The position numbers were made by a program, and so were the translations under genes. Below, one piece after another: positions 61,976-64,000 of a DNA stretch of 64,000 nucleotides. Source of the stretch: an uncultured Muribaculaceae bacterium (GTDB taxonomy: Bacteria; Bacteroidota; Bacteroidia; Bacteroidales; Muribaculaceae). How positions within the stretch are numbered: position 1 is the stretch's first letter; each line of letters begins with the position of its first letter. Location of the stretch: positions 24,493 through 88,492 of the forward strand of contig CAJUAF010000011.1 of assembly GCA_910584365.1 (NCBI GenBank), given 5' to 3'. The notes under the pieces are model-generated. The model was not told the DNA's origin. It ran no database searches and saw only the letters and a list, made by a program, of their open reading frames with translations.

Positions 61976-63055
61976 TTAGCGCTGCCGGATGAGGAAAATC
62001 TCGGTGGGGAAGTGGTCGGAGTAGCCGTTGAGGAAGACTCCTCCCGAGAAGGTTCGGCGCGGGTAGTTCTGACGCTGTCCTTCGGTATCGCGGAGGAAAT
62101 CGAAGTTGTTTACCTGGGCTTTCCAGTAGTGGAGACGTTTTTTTCCGGTATTGCTTTCCAGCAGGGAGCCGCTGACGATTATCTGGTCGAAGAGGTTCCA
62201 CTGGCTTTTGTATGCGAGAGTGCCGATCCCCTTGTCAAGAATCGACCAGAAGGGATTGTAGAATCCGTGGGGTTTGACGCCGTCGGGCTTCTTGGCTGCC
62301 CCGAGGACCTTTGCGCAGGAGGGGTCGCCGGGGTCATCGTTCATGTCCCCCATGATAATGACGCCCTGGCCGGGACGGAGACTCCAGAGGGAATCGGCTA
62401 TATGCTTCGAGGTAGCGGCGGCCGCTTCGCGCAGATAGCTGCTCTGCTGCTGTCCTCCCAGGCGCGACGGCCAGTGGTTGACGATTACGCTGACAGTGTC
62501 GCCCCCCATGATGCCGGTCACGCACATCTGGTCGCGGGAGCGGAAGTCGGGATTCCCCTCGATGGTGAGGAGAGTGTTGCTTACGTTCACCAGGCGGAAC
62601 TGACGGGGATTGTAGAGGGCGCCTACATCCACTCCGCGGCGGTCCGGGGAATCGTGATGTACGATCTGGAGGTTCCAGGGCTTCTTGCCTTCGGCTTTCA
62701 GGCGGTCGTCAATGGCGCGGACGAGATCTTCAAGTACCGAACGGTTCTCGATTTCGCTCACTCCGATAAATGCCGGTCCCGAGGGGGTGGTGGAGGTAGG
62801 GAAATTGCAGATGGCGCGGGCCAGATTATTGATTTTGGAGCGGTACTTCTTGCCGTCCCATTGGTTTTTGCCCGTGGGGGTGAATTCGGCGTCGCGTCCG
62901 AGAGGGTTGTTCGGAATCGTGTCGAAGAGGTTCTCGAGATTGTAGAACGCTACGCCGAAAACCTGATACTGGGCGCCCTGGGCGTTTCCCTTGTTCTGGG
63001 CAGAGGCTGCAAAAGCCAGGAGGGCCAGCAGGGGAAGAAGGAAAAAACGTTTCAT
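61976..63055 (-). CDS. Secreted endonuclease/exonuclease/phosphatase family protein
   Basis: FYNLENLFD, NHWPSR, GDMND, FDQI, YSDHFP; signal peptide from ATG 63055. Confidence 0.88.
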   Translation of the reverse strand: MKRFFLLPLLALLAFAASAQNKGNAQGAQYQVFGVAFYNLENLFDTIPNNPLGRDAEFTPTGKNQWDGKKYRSKINNLARAICNFPTSTTPSGPAFIGVSEIENRSVLEDLVRAIDDRLKAEGKKPWNLQIVHHDSPDRRGVDVGALYNPRQFRLVNVSNTLLTIEGNPDFRSRDQMCVTGIMGGDTVSVIVNHWPSRLGGQQQSSYLREAAAATSKHIADSLWSLRPGQGVIIMGDMNDDPGDPSCAKVLGAAKKPDGVKPHGFYNPFWSILDKGIGTLAYKSQWNLFDQIIVSGSLLESNTGKKRLHYWKAQVNNFDFLRDTEGQRQNYPRRTFSGGVFLNGYSDHFPTEIFLIRQR

Positions 63056-63165
63056 TAAGAGGTATGTTGATTGTCGGGGTTGGTACGAAACACCGTCAGG
63101 CGGTATTCCGCAGGCAAATTTATAAAATAATTCGTTAATCCGCAACCCGAAAAACCAGGAAACGA

Positions 63166-63810
63166 TTATTCGGAAGATGATGGGGGTTCGTCGGAAGACT
63201 CCGCTTCACAGGGTGCCGGGTCAGAGAAGACGAGCATTACCAGGGCATTGTCGATGGGGGAGGTGTCGACCTGGAGGACATGGTATGAGATGCCGGCGAT
63301 TTCGATTGTGCCGTCGGGGGTGACGGTGTTCAGGGGGATTTCCAGCGGGAGGGGGATCCAGGACAGGGCGAGTCCGGGGCGCAAGGCGGCCTTATAGGCG
63401 GCTTCCTTGATGCACCAGGCCCAGCAGAGGGAGGCGGCATCGGAGCCCCAGATGTCGGTCTGCTGCGGGGAGAGGAATCTGGAGGCTACCCGTGTAAGCT
63501 GCGACACCCGGTCGGGAGTTTCGGTGTCTATGCCCAGTCTCATGCCGGGTTCACCGACGGCGATAGCCGCCAGTCCTCTGGAATGGCTGATTGAAACCGG
63601 AGGCAAAGCGGAGGAATTCCCCCCGGTCAGGAAAGGCGCTCCTGCGGGAGTATGGCCGATGCTGATGTCGGGCCGGTGCGGAAAAATCTCCCTCAGCAGC
63701 CGTTTTACAGCGGTCCGCTGGGCCAGTTCACGGCCGGGTCCGCGTGCGGGGAGGGAGGAGGGAAGTTCTACGGCGAAGATTCTTATGCCGTATCTGTCGA
63801 ATAGGAGCAA
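63166..63810 (-). CDS. 4'-phosphopantetheinyl transferase superfamily protein
   Basis: ISHS, GIDTE, WCIKEAAYK; start uncertain. Confidence 0.85.
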   Translation of the reverse strand: MLLFDRYGIRIFAVELPSSLPARGPGRELAQRTAVKRLLREIFPHRPDISIGHTPAGAPFLTGGNSSALPPVSISHSRGLAAIAVGEPGMRLGIDTETPDRVSQLTRVASRFLSPQQTDIWGSDAASLCWAWCIKEAAYKAALRPGLALSWIPLPLEIPLNTVTPDGTIEIAGISYHVLQVDTSPIDNALVMLVFSDPAPCEAESSDEPPSSSE

Positions 63811-63875
63811 GGTTATGGGTGCTGGGTTAAATTGACTGGCAGTCGGGTTATATTCTGAATTTCGGGAGGACGGGA

Positions 63876-64000
63876 TCAGCTGGTCTGCTGGTCGGGCATT
63901 ACTTTCACTCGCACGGAGGTAATGCGGTGGTGTTCGATGTCAAGGATAAGGAAGCGGCACCGGCCGTAGACCAGCGGCTCCTTTTCCTTCGGGAAATCCC
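63876..64000 (-). CDS. gldE: 3' end of a GldE-like CorC/HlyC-domain protein (partial)
   Basis: Manual translation DFPKEKEPLVYGRCRFLILDIEHHRITSVRVKV...stop; position upstream of a PPTase as in Bacteroides. Confidence 0.6.
   Translation of the reverse strand, partial: DFPKEKEPLVYGRCRFLILDIEHHRITSVRVKVMPDQQTS

Overview
64 kb of a Bacteroidales chromosome, most likely Muribaculaceae-like (inference). This rests on TAnnTTTG -7 promoter boxes, Bacteroides-type gene orders and many short T9SS-type C-terminal domains. Most of the window is housekeeping: ftsB, dapB, U32, mdh, pldA, lolE-like, wbqC, lepB, S41, slyD, mfd, nifJ, acyl-CoA synthetase, THUMP methyltransferase, purD, pdxB, pyrG, yidC, coaX, lptC, pgi and gldE. 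Interspersed are about nine secreted multi-domain proteins, a DUF6377-type regulator next to an SGNH esterase, tRNA-Pro(CGG) and an AT-rich MNT-HEPN toxin-antitoxin pair. I saw no CRISPR array, integrase, transposase or phage gene. The most unusual signal is a two-copy non-coding cassette: a promoter with a poly-G tract in its -33/-7 spacer plus a homologous structured 3' element and terminator. Copy A (about 690-3160) brackets a compositionally mosaic secreted-protein gene. Copy B (about 11490-11826) brackets only about 170 nt with no convincing ORF. Also notable are an O-acyltransferase put out of frame by a C9 tract, a BspA-like gene split by a 1-nt insertion, and a short sRNA candidate at about 46280-46346. 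All calls come from reading the sequence by eye; no database searches were run.
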